Shown here piece by piece: positions 11,445 through 21,912 of a stretch of 64,000 nucleotides of DNA. Each line of letters opens with the position of its first letter. Position 1 is the stretch's first letter. Origin of the DNA: Synechococcus sp. (GTDB taxonomy: Bacteria > Cyanobacteriota > Cyanobacteriia > PCC-6307 > Cyanobiaceae); contig JBJBDC010000001.1 in the NCBI GenBank assembly GCA_047285535.1, positions 1,216,136 through 1,280,135 on the forward strand, in the 5' to 3' direction. The notes beneath the pieces are model-generated. The model was not told the origin of the DNA and ran no database searches. It was given only the letters and a program-made list of their open reading frames with translations. The translations under genes were made by a program, and so were the position numbers.

Positions 11445-12824
11445 TCAGCTTCCCAGCAAGACAAGATTCAAAAAGGTGACACCATTCCAAAGAGCGTGCA
11501 TCACCACGCAAGGCAGCAGACGACCACTACTCAAACGCAGTTGAGCCAAACCCAAACCAAGAACCAACAAGGGGAGCAATTCACCAATGCTGAGGTGAGC
11601 AACGGCAAACACAAGCGCACTGCCAAACACACTCCAGCCCCGTCCGAAAGAACGCCCCAACACGGGTAACAACACGCCACGGAAAATTGTTTCTTCAAAC
11701 AGAGGCGCCAACACCACTGCAGTAAGGGCCAGTAGAAGCAAAGCCAAAGGATCTCTGCCATCCAGAACCATTTGCAGCAGTGGATTGCTGCCTCCCTGGT
11801 CACCGATGAATCGACTCATCAGCCAACCGGTTAACACCACAGGTGGCATCACCATCAACCAGGCGCGACCACCCTGGAGAAAGGCTGTCCACAAGGGATT
11901 CAGCCGCCACTGCAGCCATCCACCCGCAGGCATGAGACGGGGATCTAGGCCTCGGAGCTGGCTTTTAAGGATGAGCAAGGGTGGTGTAGCCAAGGCGGCA
12001 TAGCCCACGATCACAGCCACCGCCTGATTGAGAGGCGCCGCGATACTCCGAGCCACTAATGCCGAAAAAGGCGTCACAAGCAGTGGCACCAACACCTCGC
12101 CCAGCACAACAAAACCGCCAGCGATCAGCAACACCATGTCAACCAAGCCAAGAAGAGGAGCTTGGAGTTCAGGCCAGGCTGACTGCCTTCGACGCAGGAC
12201 TAACCAAAGATGACGCAGCAGCAAAAGTGAACCCAACAACAACGCAGCGATTGGCAGCAGTTCGGTTAGGACAAGGCGTCGAGCTGCAGTCCTGGCGGCG
12301 GAGCGATCGACACACTTGGCCTGAGCTCCTCCCAGGGCCTGACAAACCAAACGGCGAGTTAGCGGATCAGGACTGTTTTCAGTCAAAAGGTCTTGGTCCT
12401 GAGAGGAGAGGTCGCGAGGGATCGGTTCACCTGCCAAGGCTTGCTGAAGCGCCTGAAGTTTTGGCGTCTGAAACGAAATCTCCAGCAAGGTGTTGCGACG
12501 AACTGGATCGTTTTCTAGCGATGCAAAGAGAAGTGCCTGGCGATCGCTGAGGCTATCGAGTGGCGTCTCTCTGAGAGTTTCCAGCAAACTCTTTGCTGGA
12601 TCCTTACCAACCAGCAAAGGTCTGAGCGATGGCGCCAAAGCCGGATCAGCCAGCAGGGCAAGCTCTTGCTGTTCCAAGGACAAAGCAGGTGCCACCGATG
12701 GGCGACCAAGGCTGTCCATCAGGCCAAGAAACCAAACACTGCAAGCCAGCACCATCGAGAGGACAGCCAAAAGGACCTTCCACTGAGGTGGTGAATTCGT
12801 CCGTTCGTTCAGCGGGCTGGTCAA
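11445..12824 (-). CDS. CPBP (CAAX/Abi) family intramembrane metalloprotease
   Basis: APLFEETIFRG, FAVAH and HALWN motifs; several TM helices. Confidence 0.92.
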   Translation of the reverse strand: MTSPLNERTNSPPQWKVLLAVLSMVLACSVWFLGLMDSLGRPSVAPALSLEQQELALLADPALAPSLRPLLVGKDPAKSLLETLRETPLDSLSDRQALLFASLENDPVRRNTLLEISFQTPKLQALQQALAGEPIPRDLSSQDQDLLTENSPDPLTRRLVCQALGGAQAKCVDRSAARTAARRLVLTELLPIAALLLGSLLLLRHLWLVLRRRQSAWPELQAPLLGLVDMVLLIAGGFVVLGEVLVPLLVTPFSALVARSIAAPLNQAVAVIVGYAALATPPLLILKSQLRGLDPRLMPAGGWLQWRLNPLWTAFLQGGRAWLMVMPPVVLTGWLMSRFIGDQGGSNPLLQMVLDGRDPLALLLLALTAVVLAPLFEETIFRGVLLPVLGRSFGRGWSVFGSALVFAVAHLSIGELLPLLVLGLGLAQLRLSSGRLLPCVVMHALWNGVTFLNLVLLGS

Positions 12825-12908
12825 CAGACGATTGGCAACTGCAAATGATTCTCTCCGTCCAAGCGCTGAGATCTATTGATTTAAGCCATTTCTCCGTGCC
12901 ATTGGACG

Positions 12909-14276
12909 GTGCACCCATACGATGACCGCGCCTTTCCTCTTGTTTCGGTGTCCCTGCGTCTCCTCCTGGTCCGCCATGGCCTGAGCAGCTTCAACGTTGA
13001 GCGCCGTATCCAGGGGCGTAATGACTTATCAACGCTCACGACAACCGGCGAAGACCAAGCTCGCCGCGTCGGGCTCGCTTTGGCAGACGTTCCGATTGAT
13101 GCGGCCTATAGCTCACCTCTGCAACGTGCTGCGGCTACCACTGCTGGGGTTCTAAGTGTGCGTCAAGACGGACTGACTGCTTCTTTGGATAACGGACTAC
13201 TTGAGGTGGATCTAGAGCCTTGGAGCGGACTCACAGCCGAGGAACGGGCGGTCAAGGATCCCGAGGGCTATGCCACTTGGCGCCAACAACCGGAGGAGCT
13301 GGAGCTCAAGCGCGCCGACGGTACGCACTACAAACCGATCGCAGATTTAATGAATCAGGCGCGTCAGTTTTTAAAGAACCTGATGGGGCGTCACCCCGTA
13401 TCTGGCAATGCAACGGTGCTGGTGGTTGGTCACAACGCCATTCTCCGATGTTTGATTCTCGTGTTGCTAGGCGAACCCCAAGGTGGCTTTAGGCGACTGC
13501 ACCTTGACAACGCGTCTCTATCAGTGTTGAACCTCTCTTGCAAGCCTGACGGTTACAACGTTCAGATTGAATGCCTCAACAACATTGCCCACCTCAATCC
13601 CTCGCTACCCAAAAAAGGGCCAAACGCACGTCTTGTCCTTGTACGCCACGGAGAAACAGATTGGAACCGCCAGGGGCGCTTCCAGGGACAGATTGACATC
13701 CCACTGAACAGCAACGGTCATGCCCAAGCAGAGGCCGCTCGCGGATTCCTTGAAGATGTTGTTCTTGATCGGGCTTACAGCAGCTCAATGTCTCGTCCCA
13801 GAGAGACCGCTGAAGGGATTTTGAAATCACACCCTGGCGTCCCACTCACCGTGACCGATGGCCTGATGGAAATCGGTCACGGTCTTTGGGAAGGAAAACT
13901 GGAATCAGAAATCCGTGACAGTTGGGAGGAGTTGCTACAGGCCTGGAAAGACACCCCCGAAACGGTGCAAATGCCCGAAGGCGAAACCATTCAGGAGGTG
14001 TGGGAACGCTCCGTGAACTGTTGGAACACCATCGCCGCTGGGCTCGATCCAGCAGAAACCGCCTTAGTCGTTGCGCATGACGCAGTAAATAAAACAATCC
14101 TTTGCCATCTCTTAGGACTTGCTCCCAAAGACATTTGGGCAGTCAAACAAGGTAATGGAGGAGTCACAGTGATCGACATGCCTGAAGATCCCAGCCAACC
14201 TGCTGTAGTGAGCTGTCTGAATCTGACGTCCCACCTCGGTGGCGTGCTGGATCGAACCGCAACGGGAGCGCTCTGA
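12909..14276 (+). CDS. Histidine phosphatase (phosphoglycerate mutase family) with two tandem domains
   Basis: Two RHG motifs (LLVRHGLS and VLVRHGET); the true start may be a little downstream. Confidence 0.9.
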   Translation: MHPYDDRAFPLVSVSLRLLLVRHGLSSFNVERRIQGRNDLSTLTTTGEDQARRVGLALADVPIDAAYSSPLQRAAATTAGVLSVRQDGLTASLDNGLLEVDLEPWSGLTAEERAVKDPEGYATWRQQPEELELKRADGTHYKPIADLMNQARQFLKNLMGRHPVSGNATVLVVGHNAILRCLILVLLGEPQGGFRRLHLDNASLSVLNLSCKPDGYNVQIECLNNIAHLNPSLPKKGPNARLVLVRHGETDWNRQGRFQGQIDIPLNSNGHAQAEAARGFLEDVVLDRAYSSSMSRPRETAEGILKSHPGVPLTVTDGLMEIGHGLWEGKLESEIRDSWEELLQAWKDTPETVQMPEGETIQEVWERSVNCWNTIAAGLDPAETALVVAHDAVNKTILCHLLGLAPKDIWAVKQGNGGVTVIDMPEDPSQPAVVSCLNLTSHLGGVLDRTATGAL

Positions 14277-14280
14277 ACCG

Positions 14281-15558
14281 ATGACTGAGACGATGCTGCT
14301 TGACCCGGTACGGGTTCTAGTCGCTAGCGATCATTCGCTCCAAGAAGGCAGTGCTGCGCTCTTTGAAAATGATCGTCTCATGGCACTTGGAGACGAGGCA
14401 CGAGACCTAGCCGCAAAACAAGGCATTCCAGGCCTCGACAGGTCCAACCAGGTCCTCGCCCCATGCCTCGTCGATCCTCATTCAAGCCTTTTCTCTCCAT
14501 TCACAGGGAATGGTGAAACCCTGGTCAGTCTTCTCCGCTCCGCAGGCCAAGCAGGCTATGGACAACTGGCACTGCTTCCCAATGGTTCTTCAGCACGAGA
14601 CAGTCCTGAACAACTGAAGGGATTCCAATTACGGCACTGCGATCTCCGGGTCCATTTGTGGGGAAGCTTCAGTCAAGGGGGAGCAGGCGAGCACCTCAGC
14701 AGCCACGCAGACCTCCTGGAGGCTGGCGCCATTGGCCTTTGCGCTGGGGAGCAAATGCCTTCTCCCAACCTTCTAGATCGTGCTCTCCTACTCGGAGAGA
14801 TGGCTGGAGCTCCTGTTCTTGTAGCACCTCATGACTCCAGCCTGCGGGGGCACGGCATGTTGCGTGAAGGCGTGGAAACGCTGCGCGCCGGATGGCCAAC
14901 AGACCCAATCACCAGTGAAACCCTGCCAATGGGTCAGCTGCTTGAACTCCAACGTCGCCATCAGAATCGCAACCTCGTACTGATGAATCTCTCGACAGCT
15001 GATGGCGTTGAGATGCTGGGCCAAACAACATCACCACCACTTGCCACTGTGAGCTGGTGGCATTTGGTTCAAGACCTGTCGAGCCAAAGAGTTGAATCCA
15101 ACAGCTGGTTTGTCACCCCCTCCATCGGCGGAACAGCTGATCGAAACGCTTTAATTGGAGCTCTAAAACAAGGGCAAATCGCCGCCGTTGCTGTTCATGC
15201 CATTCCCCTTGATGATGAGGAGTGTCTTTTGCCACCAGATCAACGCCCCAAAGGCCTCTCTGGTCATCACCTTGTACTTCCAACGCTTTGGCAGCATCTC
15301 GTCGTCGATTTGGGATGGAGCGTGAATCAACTTTGGCAAGCGATCAGTTTTGGCCCGGCACGACTCTTGGGACAAAAGGAAGAGCGACTCACAATCGGCA
15401 GCAACCGTTGGTTGCTGTTTGATCCTGATATGACTTGGCTTCAGAGCCGTGATGCACCCCAAGCCCCCAGAGCTGCTAACCAGCCCTGGCTTGGACTTTC
15501 TATAAGAGGTCAGGTGGTGAGCTGTGGACTCAAGACCCCAATGCACCGAGGCGATTAA
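14281..15558 (+). CDS. Dihydroorotase-like protein (possibly non-catalytic PyrC')
   Basis: Amidohydrolase-type sequence (APCLVDPH, GPARLLG). The ORF track starts at 14239, but ATG 14281 just after the previous gene is more likely. Metal ligands look degenerate. Confidence 0.8.
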   Translation: MTETMLLDPVRVLVASDHSLQEGSAALFENDRLMALGDEARDLAAKQGIPGLDRSNQVLAPCLVDPHSSLFSPFTGNGETLVSLLRSAGQAGYGQLALLPNGSSARDSPEQLKGFQLRHCDLRVHLWGSFSQGGAGEHLSSHADLLEAGAIGLCAGEQMPSPNLLDRALLLGEMAGAPVLVAPHDSSLRGHGMLREGVETLRAGWPTDPITSETLPMGQLLELQRRHQNRNLVLMNLSTADGVEMLGQTTSPPLATVSWWHLVQDLSSQRVESNSWFVTPSIGGTADRNALIGALKQGQIAAVAVHAIPLDDEECLLPPDQRPKGLSGHHLVLPTLWQHLVVDLGWSVNQLWQAISFGPARLLGQKEERLTIGSNRWLLFDPDMTWLQSRDAPQAPRAANQPWLGLSIRGQVVSCGLKTPMHRGD

Positions 15559-16303
15559 ATGGCCAGAAGCGCCACACGGCCCGACCAATAATCTGATCTT
15601 CAGGGAGGAAGGGACCTCCGGGCCAGTAACGCCCATCCCAGCTGTTGCTCCGATTATCACCAAGTACCAAGACCCGTCCCTCAGGGACTGTGACGTTCAG
15701 CGTTCGACAGAGGCTCATCCCCCGCTTATCCAGGCTGCAGTAGTTCGTCACATATGGTTCATCGAGAGCAGCACCGTTCACAGTGACCTCTCCTCGAGGA
15801 TTCACCACCACTTGATCCCCTGCAACAGCCACAACCCTTTTGATGTAGGCATCACAAGCAGGATTTCCTACCCCTGGAATCAAACCAATCAAGGGCAGAT
15901 TTGCAAGAGCACATTGAAACGGTGAAGGAGACGTTGTGGAGCGCAGCGCAGGATCAAAGGCGTATGGGGAGTTGAAAACAACGATTTCTCCGCGACGAGG
16001 CTTGCGTTGGCGGTAGGTGAGTTTCTCAACAAGCAGACGGTCTTGAATCTGTAATCCCGGGAGCATCGATCCAGAAGGAATAAATCGTGCTTCTGCCAAA
16101 TAGTGGCGAATGCCTAGATAAAGAGCCACGGTAAATAGCACCGGAGCCCAAAAATCCCAGAGTGGATGACCAGGACCACGCTGCTTTTTTAGATCCTTGT
16201 TGCGACCCTGGACTGGCTCGCTACCAATTGGCCGGTTGTCGTCAGAACGACTGTTTTGCTGCGTGTCTGCCAACAGGCCCCTTACTTCAATCCTGATAAT
16301 CAC
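15530..16303 (-). CDS. lepB: Signal peptidase I
   Basis: IPSGSMLPGL (Ser), YIKRVVA (Lys) and GDNRSNSWDGR; start codon uncertain. Confidence 0.95.
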   Translation of the reverse strand: MIIRIEVRGLLADTQQNSRSDDNRPIGSEPVQGRNKDLKKQRGPGHPLWDFWAPVLFTVALYLGIRHYLAEARFIPSGSMLPGLQIQDRLLVEKLTYRQRKPRRGEIVVFNSPYAFDPALRSTTSPSPFQCALANLPLIGLIPGVGNPACDAYIKRVVAVAGDQVVVNPRGEVTVNGAALDEPYVTNYCSLDKRGMSLCRTLNVTVPEGRVLVLGDNRSNSWDGRYWPGGPFLPEDQIIGRAVWRFWPFNRLGALGS

Positions 16304-16354
16304 GATAGGCGCGATCAGCCTGCGCTTCTAGCCTGAATACAGGCTCATTCATCC

Positions 16355-17860
16355 ATGGTCCAACCCCGCTGGCAGGGCGTGAAACCCCGCACCATCCAAT
16401 TGTTCTGGAATCGTTGGGATCAGGTCTTAGCCCTGATTGCAGCGATCAATCTGATCTGGGTGATTTTTGATGTCACCTACATTCCCCTCCGCAATTTCTG
16501 GCTCCAAAGAACGCTTTATCCGCTTCCCTCCATCAACTTGGCCTTGCCTTTGCCTGGGCTGCCTGACATCACACCCCTTTATGACCCATTGAAGGGCATT
16601 GAAGCGCACCGGGATACAACGTCATACATCGAGCACTTCCGCAGACTCGAGACGACAGCATCAAAGCTAGGCATCAACAGTGAAGAAGCAAGACAATTGC
16701 GACTGGAGATGATCGTAAAAAATAGCCAATTAGTGGATGAGAATCCATTCACAAGCTCTGGAAATGTAGGTGCATTCGAAAAGCTAAAGAATCGTCTAAG
16801 GGCTAGAGCTGATATGGATTCAACCAAACAAGCGGCGGCTTATTTACTCAGCGACCGCTATTTGAAAAACCATGACTGGGATCAAGAACGAGAATTCTGG
16901 AACACAAAGATTCTTCCCCTAGCAGAAACCAACTACTGGCGCGGGATCGATGAAAACGGCATGCCAATCAATCTTTCCTGGAAGATCGATATCCCCTTCC
17001 AAATTGTTTTCCTTCTAGACATCCTGATTCGTGCGATTCGACTGAAACGCCGATTTCCCGCGATTGCCTGGAGCGATGCATTACTCAGACGCTGGATTGA
17101 CTTACCCCTCCTCATTCCATTTTGGCGACTTCTGCGAGTTGTTCCAGTGACAGAGCGTCTATCCCACGCCCAACTGCTGAACCTTGAACCCCTTAGAGCA
17201 GCCGTCAGTCGTGGTGTTGTAGCGGTGCTAGCGCTTGAATTATTTGAAGTCATCACCCTGCGTGTTCTGGATGCAATGCAAGGCGTGGTGTTATCTCCAA
17301 ATCTGCCGGAGAGGATCCTCCGGCTTTGCAGTCACCAATCAGTTGAAATCAACGAAGAGCGAGAACTTGCTGAGCTTGTGCGCTTATGGGTTCCTCTCAT
17401 CCTGACGCAAGTGGGCCCAGGCATGCGCCCACAATTGGTGGCGTTATTTAGCCACGCTCTGCAGAGAAATCTGGATGTGCTGATGTTGCCAGCTCAATTA
17501 CGAGAGCTACCTGGAATACAAAAAGCGGAATCTGAACTGAGTCGCCAGTTAGCCAAAGGGATGGTGGATTCGTTGTTGGGCCTCTCCAAAAGTGCTGGCG
17601 ATCAGATTGGCCTGAAAGATCCTTTACTCGAAGATCTGGGGATTCAAACCCTCGATCGATTCTGGGAAGAACTAGCTCGCACCCTGGAGCAAGGAATTGT
17701 TCTGGAACGCAGCCAAGAACTTTTGGTTGCTTTTCTCGAAGAATTTAAACGCACAAGTCTGCTTAAGCTTCACACCCAAGGAGGAGTGGAAGATCTCATC
17801 ACAGAGCTGGATGGACTGAATTTCAGTCCACAAGGAGAAAACTCCAGTCCTCAGACTTGA
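16355..17860 (+). CDS. Membrane-associated hypothetical protein
   Basis: 501-aa ORF with N-terminal and central hydrophobic segments. Confidence 0.75.
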   Translation: MVQPRWQGVKPRTIQLFWNRWDQVLALIAAINLIWVIFDVTYIPLRNFWLQRTLYPLPSINLALPLPGLPDITPLYDPLKGIEAHRDTTSYIEHFRRLETTASKLGINSEEARQLRLEMIVKNSQLVDENPFTSSGNVGAFEKLKNRLRARADMDSTKQAAAYLLSDRYLKNHDWDQEREFWNTKILPLAETNYWRGIDENGMPINLSWKIDIPFQIVFLLDILIRAIRLKRRFPAIAWSDALLRRWIDLPLLIPFWRLLRVVPVTERLSHAQLLNLEPLRAAVSRGVVAVLALELFEVITLRVLDAMQGVVLSPNLPERILRLCSHQSVEINEERELAELVRLWVPLILTQVGPGMRPQLVALFSHALQRNLDVLMLPAQLRELPGIQKAESELSRQLAKGMVDSLLGLSKSAGDQIGLKDPLLEDLGIQTLDRFWEELARTLEQGIVLERSQELLVAFLEEFKRTSLLKLHTQGGVEDLITELDGLNFSPQGENSSPQT

Positions 17861-18191
17861 ATCCAACCAAAAATTTGCCATTTTGTAATTCAACAAATGG
17901 GCGTTTTATTAAACGCCCATCAGAAGCCAAAGCATCTAGTGCCTCCTCATCACTCATCGACTTCACGAGCTGAGCACCAAGAGCGCGGTAGCTCTTACCA
18001 CTCGTATTGAAGAGAAGCTGTCGACGGGGCAACTGAGCCAAGGCACGTTTGAGAACATCAAGTGCTGGAGGGTTAACAGTGATGTCAACCAGCTCATACG
18101 TCAGATTATTGGCCTCCAACCATGCCAATGCCTGGCGACATGTAGAACAGCGGGAGTAGCTGTATACCTTGATGGTTGGAGCCAAATTCAA
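17823..18191 (-). CDS. ArsC/Spx/MgsR family protein
   Basis: YSYSRCSTCRQA, FNTSGKSYR and LIKRPF. Confidence 0.9.
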   Translation of the reverse strand: MNLAPTIKVYSYSRCSTCRQALAWLEANNLTYELVDITVNPPALDVLKRALAQLPRRQLLFNTSGKSYRALGAQLVKSMSDEEALDALASDGRLIKRPFVELQNGKFLVGFKSEDWSFLLVD

Positions 18192-18547
18192 CGTCCAAAC
18201 AAGTTCTTAACAGCACCAAGCAGGCTGTTTGAGCCTTTCCCGACGCCGTCCTCAGGGCGAGTGCGAACAGTCACGTCTCCATTCACGCTGGTCCTGCAGC
18301 TCAGGCGATAGTTGGCTGGACGATCAGAAAGATAAACCTCTTCCACATCACTACGAGGGGAGAGATTCTGGGCACCTTCGAGGACCTCCATGACGCAGGT
18401 GCCGCACTGACCAACTCCCCCACAGTTGTTGAGATTGTTCAGGCCTTTATAGGGATTGATCCCAGAAGCCACGGCAGCTTTGCGTAAATTCGCTCCTTCG
18501 ATGCAACCGACCTTTTGGCCTTCCTGATCAAAACGGATGGTGGGCAC
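18188..18547 (-). CDS. 2Fe-2S ferredoxin
   Basis: CGGVGQCGTC...RLSC. Confidence 0.92.
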   Translation of the reverse strand: MPTIRFDQEGQKVGCIEGANLRKAAVASGINPYKGLNNLNNCGGVGQCGTCVMEVLEGAQNLSPRSDVEEVYLSDRPANYRLSCRTSVNGDVTVRTRPEDGVGKGSNSLLGAVKNLFGR

Positions 18548-18660
18548 GGGTCGTTCACAATCTTGGCGCGAACCAACTTACAAGAAGTATGGGCTTAGTC
18601 GCGTCTCTGTAGCAGATCTTGCCGAGAAAAGCTGAGGCGAAGGCCTAGGGATAGGGATCT

Positions 18661-19173
18661 TCAGCCACATGCAGCCCTAATGCATGCCTCCAATAGGGGA
18701 GGGACTGCATCAGCATCACGCCAACCGCCGATCGAGATGACTCGACCATCCATGCTTTTGTAGGTACGAAAAAATTCAGACACATCCTCCAGCTGATTTG
18801 GAGCTATTTGTTGGATGCTTTGAATTGCCGCTTGCCGTGGGTCGGCCACTGGGACACAAAGAACCTTGCCGTCGTAATGACCGGTGTCATCCATGTCAAG
18901 AACTCCTATCGGCCTGGCTTTGATCAAACAGCCTGCAAAAGTGGGCTCAGCCATGATCACCATGGCATCAAGCGGAGACCCATCCTCGGCGAGAGTATTG
19001 GGGACGAATCCGTAGTCAAAGGGATAGCGAATCGAGGGATGCAGCACACGATCAAGTGCCATGACTCCAACGTCTTCAGCAAACTCGTACTTGTTACAAC
19101 TTCCTGCTGGAATCTCAACGATCAGGTTGATTAGCCCTGGAGAGGGCGAGGGAGGCAGGGACCTCAGATCCAT
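18661..19173 (-). CDS. ppa: Family I inorganic pyrophosphatase (copy 1)
   Basis: NKYE, LDRVL, YPFDYGFVPNTLAEDGSPLDA and FFRTYK. Confidence 0.93.
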   Translation of the reverse strand: MDLRSLPPSPSPGLINLIVEIPAGSCNKYEFAEDVGVMALDRVLHPSIRYPFDYGFVPNTLAEDGSPLDAMVIMAEPTFAGCLIKARPIGVLDMDDTGHYDGKVLCVPVADPRQAAIQSIQQIAPNQLEDVSEFFRTYKSMDGRVISIGGWRDADAVPPLLEACIRAACG

Positions 19174-19351
19174 GGTGATCTTGGGCAGTAAGTGGTGTCA
19201 ATGAGCCGAGCATGGGGCGATCAGTCAACACAGCAATCAAGGGGACTCCCAGACTCGTGAAGGCAAGGATGAATCCCAAGACGGCAAGAGTCGGTGCAGC
19301 AACTGAAGAAGACGGTTGCGGTGAAAGTTCGCGGGCAGGCTCGGGGTCCAT
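19115..19351 (-). CDS. Small single-TM hypothetical protein
   Basis: 78-aa ORF with one hydrophobic helix; it overlaps the ppa start. Confidence 0.5.
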   Translation of the reverse strand: MDPEPARELSPQPSSSVAAPTLAVLGFILAFTSLGVPLIAVLTDRPMLGSLTPLTAQDHHGSEVPASLALSRANQPDR

Positions 19352-19473
19352 TCAGGCAGGAAATAGGGCATCCGGTTGGGTATGAAACCCGTGCTCTTTA
19401 TGCCGCATGACATGACAGCTCCGGATAAGGCTATTCAAGAAATTTAGAAGATAAATTCAAGACTATGAGAATT

Positions 19474-19938
19474 TTAGGCAGCTGGACGCTCATGTCTATC
19501 GCGACGTGCCGAAAGATCTGAAGGTGCTGAGGGCAGATCAGCAAGATGAATCCTGATCTGCCTCAACTCCTCGAGAATGGAGCTTAAAACTTGCTGAGTT
19601 GCTGTTGAAGGAGAATTAAGGACTTCAACTGTGACCTCTTTAATCCGAAGGACATCCTTTGCGAATCGGGCCACCTCGTTGGGATGAAAAAGGAGGGGAT
19701 CTTTTTGATCGCTACGATATTCAGGATTTAACTTTCTTGGGTTAAAGGGAGGATTGAGGTTTCTGGGGTCAGTATTGGTATATCGATAGACAGATGCTCT
19801 CGATCGATTCAAGGACTTTTGAACGTCATCAATCACAACCAAGGCGTCTGATTGAGACATCACCACGTCAACTTCTGTCCTAGGCGCTGAAGAATCTTCG
19901 GAAGAAGAATCGGGAACATTGATCGGCCGAGGAAACAT
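19474..19938 (-). CDS. Hypothetical protein with a probable HTH (excisionase/AlpA-like) motif
   Basis: IDDVQKSLNRSRASVYRY resembles a helix-turn-helix; C-terminal helix. Confidence 0.7.
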   Translation of the reverse strand: MFPRPINVPDSSSEDSSAPRTEVDVVMSQSDALVVIDDVQKSLNRSRASVYRYTNTDPRNLNPPFNPRKLNPEYRSDQKDPLLFHPNEVARFAKDVLRIKEVTVEVLNSPSTATQQVLSSILEELRQIRIHLADLPSAPSDLSARRDRHERPAA

Positions 19939-20084
19939 GAGACAGATTTAGGACTCGCTGGAATTGGCTGACAGTAGCAGCCAAAACTCAGGACGCCAGC
20001 TTCATTCCAGGCCTGCGGGACAGTTCATGAAGCGACTTTTTTTCTAGCGGTGGTAGCTTCCAGCTTCCTTCAACAATTACCGCC

Positions 20085-21881
20085 ATGCGCGTCTCCCGCC
20101 TCATGCTGGTGACGCTGCGGGATGTTCCCGCTGACGCCGAAATCGCATCGCAACAATTGCTGATTCGTGGCGGATATATCCGACGCGTTGGATCAGGAAT
20201 CTATGCCTATCTGCCACTGATGTGGAGAGTCCTTCAACGAGTGATGGGCATTGTCAGGGAAGAGATGAATCAACTGGGGGCTCTTGAAACGCTCTTACCA
20301 CAACTTCAACCTGCCGAATTGTGGGAAAAAAGTGGTCGTTGGCAGGGCTACACCGCAGGGGAGGGAATCATGTTTCATCTTGAGGATCGCCAAGAGAGAT
20401 CCCTTGGTCTTGGCCCCACTCATGAAGAGGTGATTACTGACTTGGCTGCTGATCTCCTGAAATCGTATCGACAGCTACCCATCACCCTCTATCAAATCCA
20501 AAGCAAATTTAGAGACGAAATTCGTCCTCGATTTGGGTTGATGCGTGGGCGTGAGTTCATCATGAAAGATGCCTATTCCTTTCACGAAGATGAAGAAGGT
20601 CTGAACTGCATGTATCGCGAAATGGATAAGGCTTACAGCCGTGTATTCCAACGTTGCGGACTTCAGGCAGTTGCAGTTGATGCCGATAGTGGCGCCATAG
20701 GCGGCGCTGCATCTCAGGAGTTCATGGTCACCGCAGATGCAGGGGAAGATCTGATTCTCATCAGCTCTGACGGGAGTTACTCAGCGAATCAAGAAAAAGC
20801 TATTTCAATCCCACCACCGGCTCTTCCTTTACCCATCGGGGAACCGAAGATCATTTCCACTCCCGGGCAAATCACCATCGATGAGCTCTGCTCTGCTCAG
20901 TCACTACATCCCACACAAGTTGTGAAGGTGTTACTTCTGCTTGCAAAGCTTGAGTCTGGCGAGGAGCAACCCGTACTGGCCTGCCTACGGGGAGATCAAG
21001 AACTCAACGAAGTGAAACTGATCAACGCCCTGACTGAACAACTGGAAAGCCCAGTTCTAGTCCTGAGCCCGATCACGGCCGATCAACTCAAGACTCAAGG
21101 ACTGCAACCATTGCCTTTTGGCTCGATCGGGCCTGACCTTTCAAATCTCCATCTCGATGGAGCACGCACGTGGCGGAACAAGTTCCACAAACTGGCTGAC
21201 ACGACAGCTGTGGCTCTGGAACGCTTTGTCTGCGGAGCAAACACAGACAACGAACACCGTTGGGGTTGCACCTGGTCCGTAGTCGGATCCATTCCAGGAC
21301 TAGATCTGCGCAAGGCCAAAGCTGGCGATCAATGTGTGCACAATCCAGAGCAGACCCTTCAAGAAAGACGCGGCATTGAAGTCGGACACATCTTTCAACT
21401 GGGCCGGAAGTACTCCCGATCCATGGGCGCTCACATCACCACGAAAGCAGGCGCCCAGGAACCACTCTGGATGGGTTGTTACGGCATCGGCATTTCTCGA
21501 CTCGCGCAAGCCGCTGTCGAGCAACATCACGATGAAGCGGGTATCAGTTGGCCGCTGAGTATTGCTCCATTTCAGGCGATCGTGGTTGTAGCCAACGTGA
21601 AAGACGAGATTCAGATGGCTCTCGGAGAAGAGCTTTACTCCGACCTTCGATCGGCAGGGATTGACGCCTTGATTGACGATCGCAAGGAGCGGGCTGGCGT
21701 GAAATTCAAAGATGCAGACCTGATTGGCATTCCCTGGAGAGTTGTGGTGGGTCGCGGTGCCGTTGAAGGCAAAGTTGAACTCGTTCAACGAACTGAACCC
21801 AACGCCAAGGTTTTAAGGAAAGAGGAAGCTCTCTCCTCTCTTCTCGAAGCGATTCCTGCGAAGCTTCGAGTCCAGCTCTGA
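20085..21881 (+). CDS. proS: Proline--tRNA ligase
   Basis: LGPTHEE, FRDEIRPRFGLMRGREF, GIEVGHIFQLG and MGCYGIG. Confidence 0.98.
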   Translation: MRVSRLMLVTLRDVPADAEIASQQLLIRGGYIRRVGSGIYAYLPLMWRVLQRVMGIVREEMNQLGALETLLPQLQPAELWEKSGRWQGYTAGEGIMFHLEDRQERSLGLGPTHEEVITDLAADLLKSYRQLPITLYQIQSKFRDEIRPRFGLMRGREFIMKDAYSFHEDEEGLNCMYREMDKAYSRVFQRCGLQAVAVDADSGAIGGAASQEFMVTADAGEDLILISSDGSYSANQEKAISIPPPALPLPIGEPKIISTPGQITIDELCSAQSLHPTQVVKVLLLLAKLESGEEQPVLACLRGDQELNEVKLINALTEQLESPVLVLSPITADQLKTQGLQPLPFGSIGPDLSNLHLDGARTWRNKFHKLADTTAVALERFVCGANTDNEHRWGCTWSVVGSIPGLDLRKAKAGDQCVHNPEQTLQERRGIEVGHIFQLGRKYSRSMGAHITTKAGAQEPLWMGCYGIGISRLAQAAVEQHHDEAGISWPLSIAPFQAIVVVANVKDEIQMALGEELYSDLRSAGIDALIDDRKERAGVKFKDADLIGIPWRVVVGRGAVEGKVELVQRTEPNAKVLRKEEALSSLLEAIPAKLRVQL

Positions 21882-21912
21882 CACGCCTAGAGTCCTAGAA
21901 ATTTGCGTCGTC

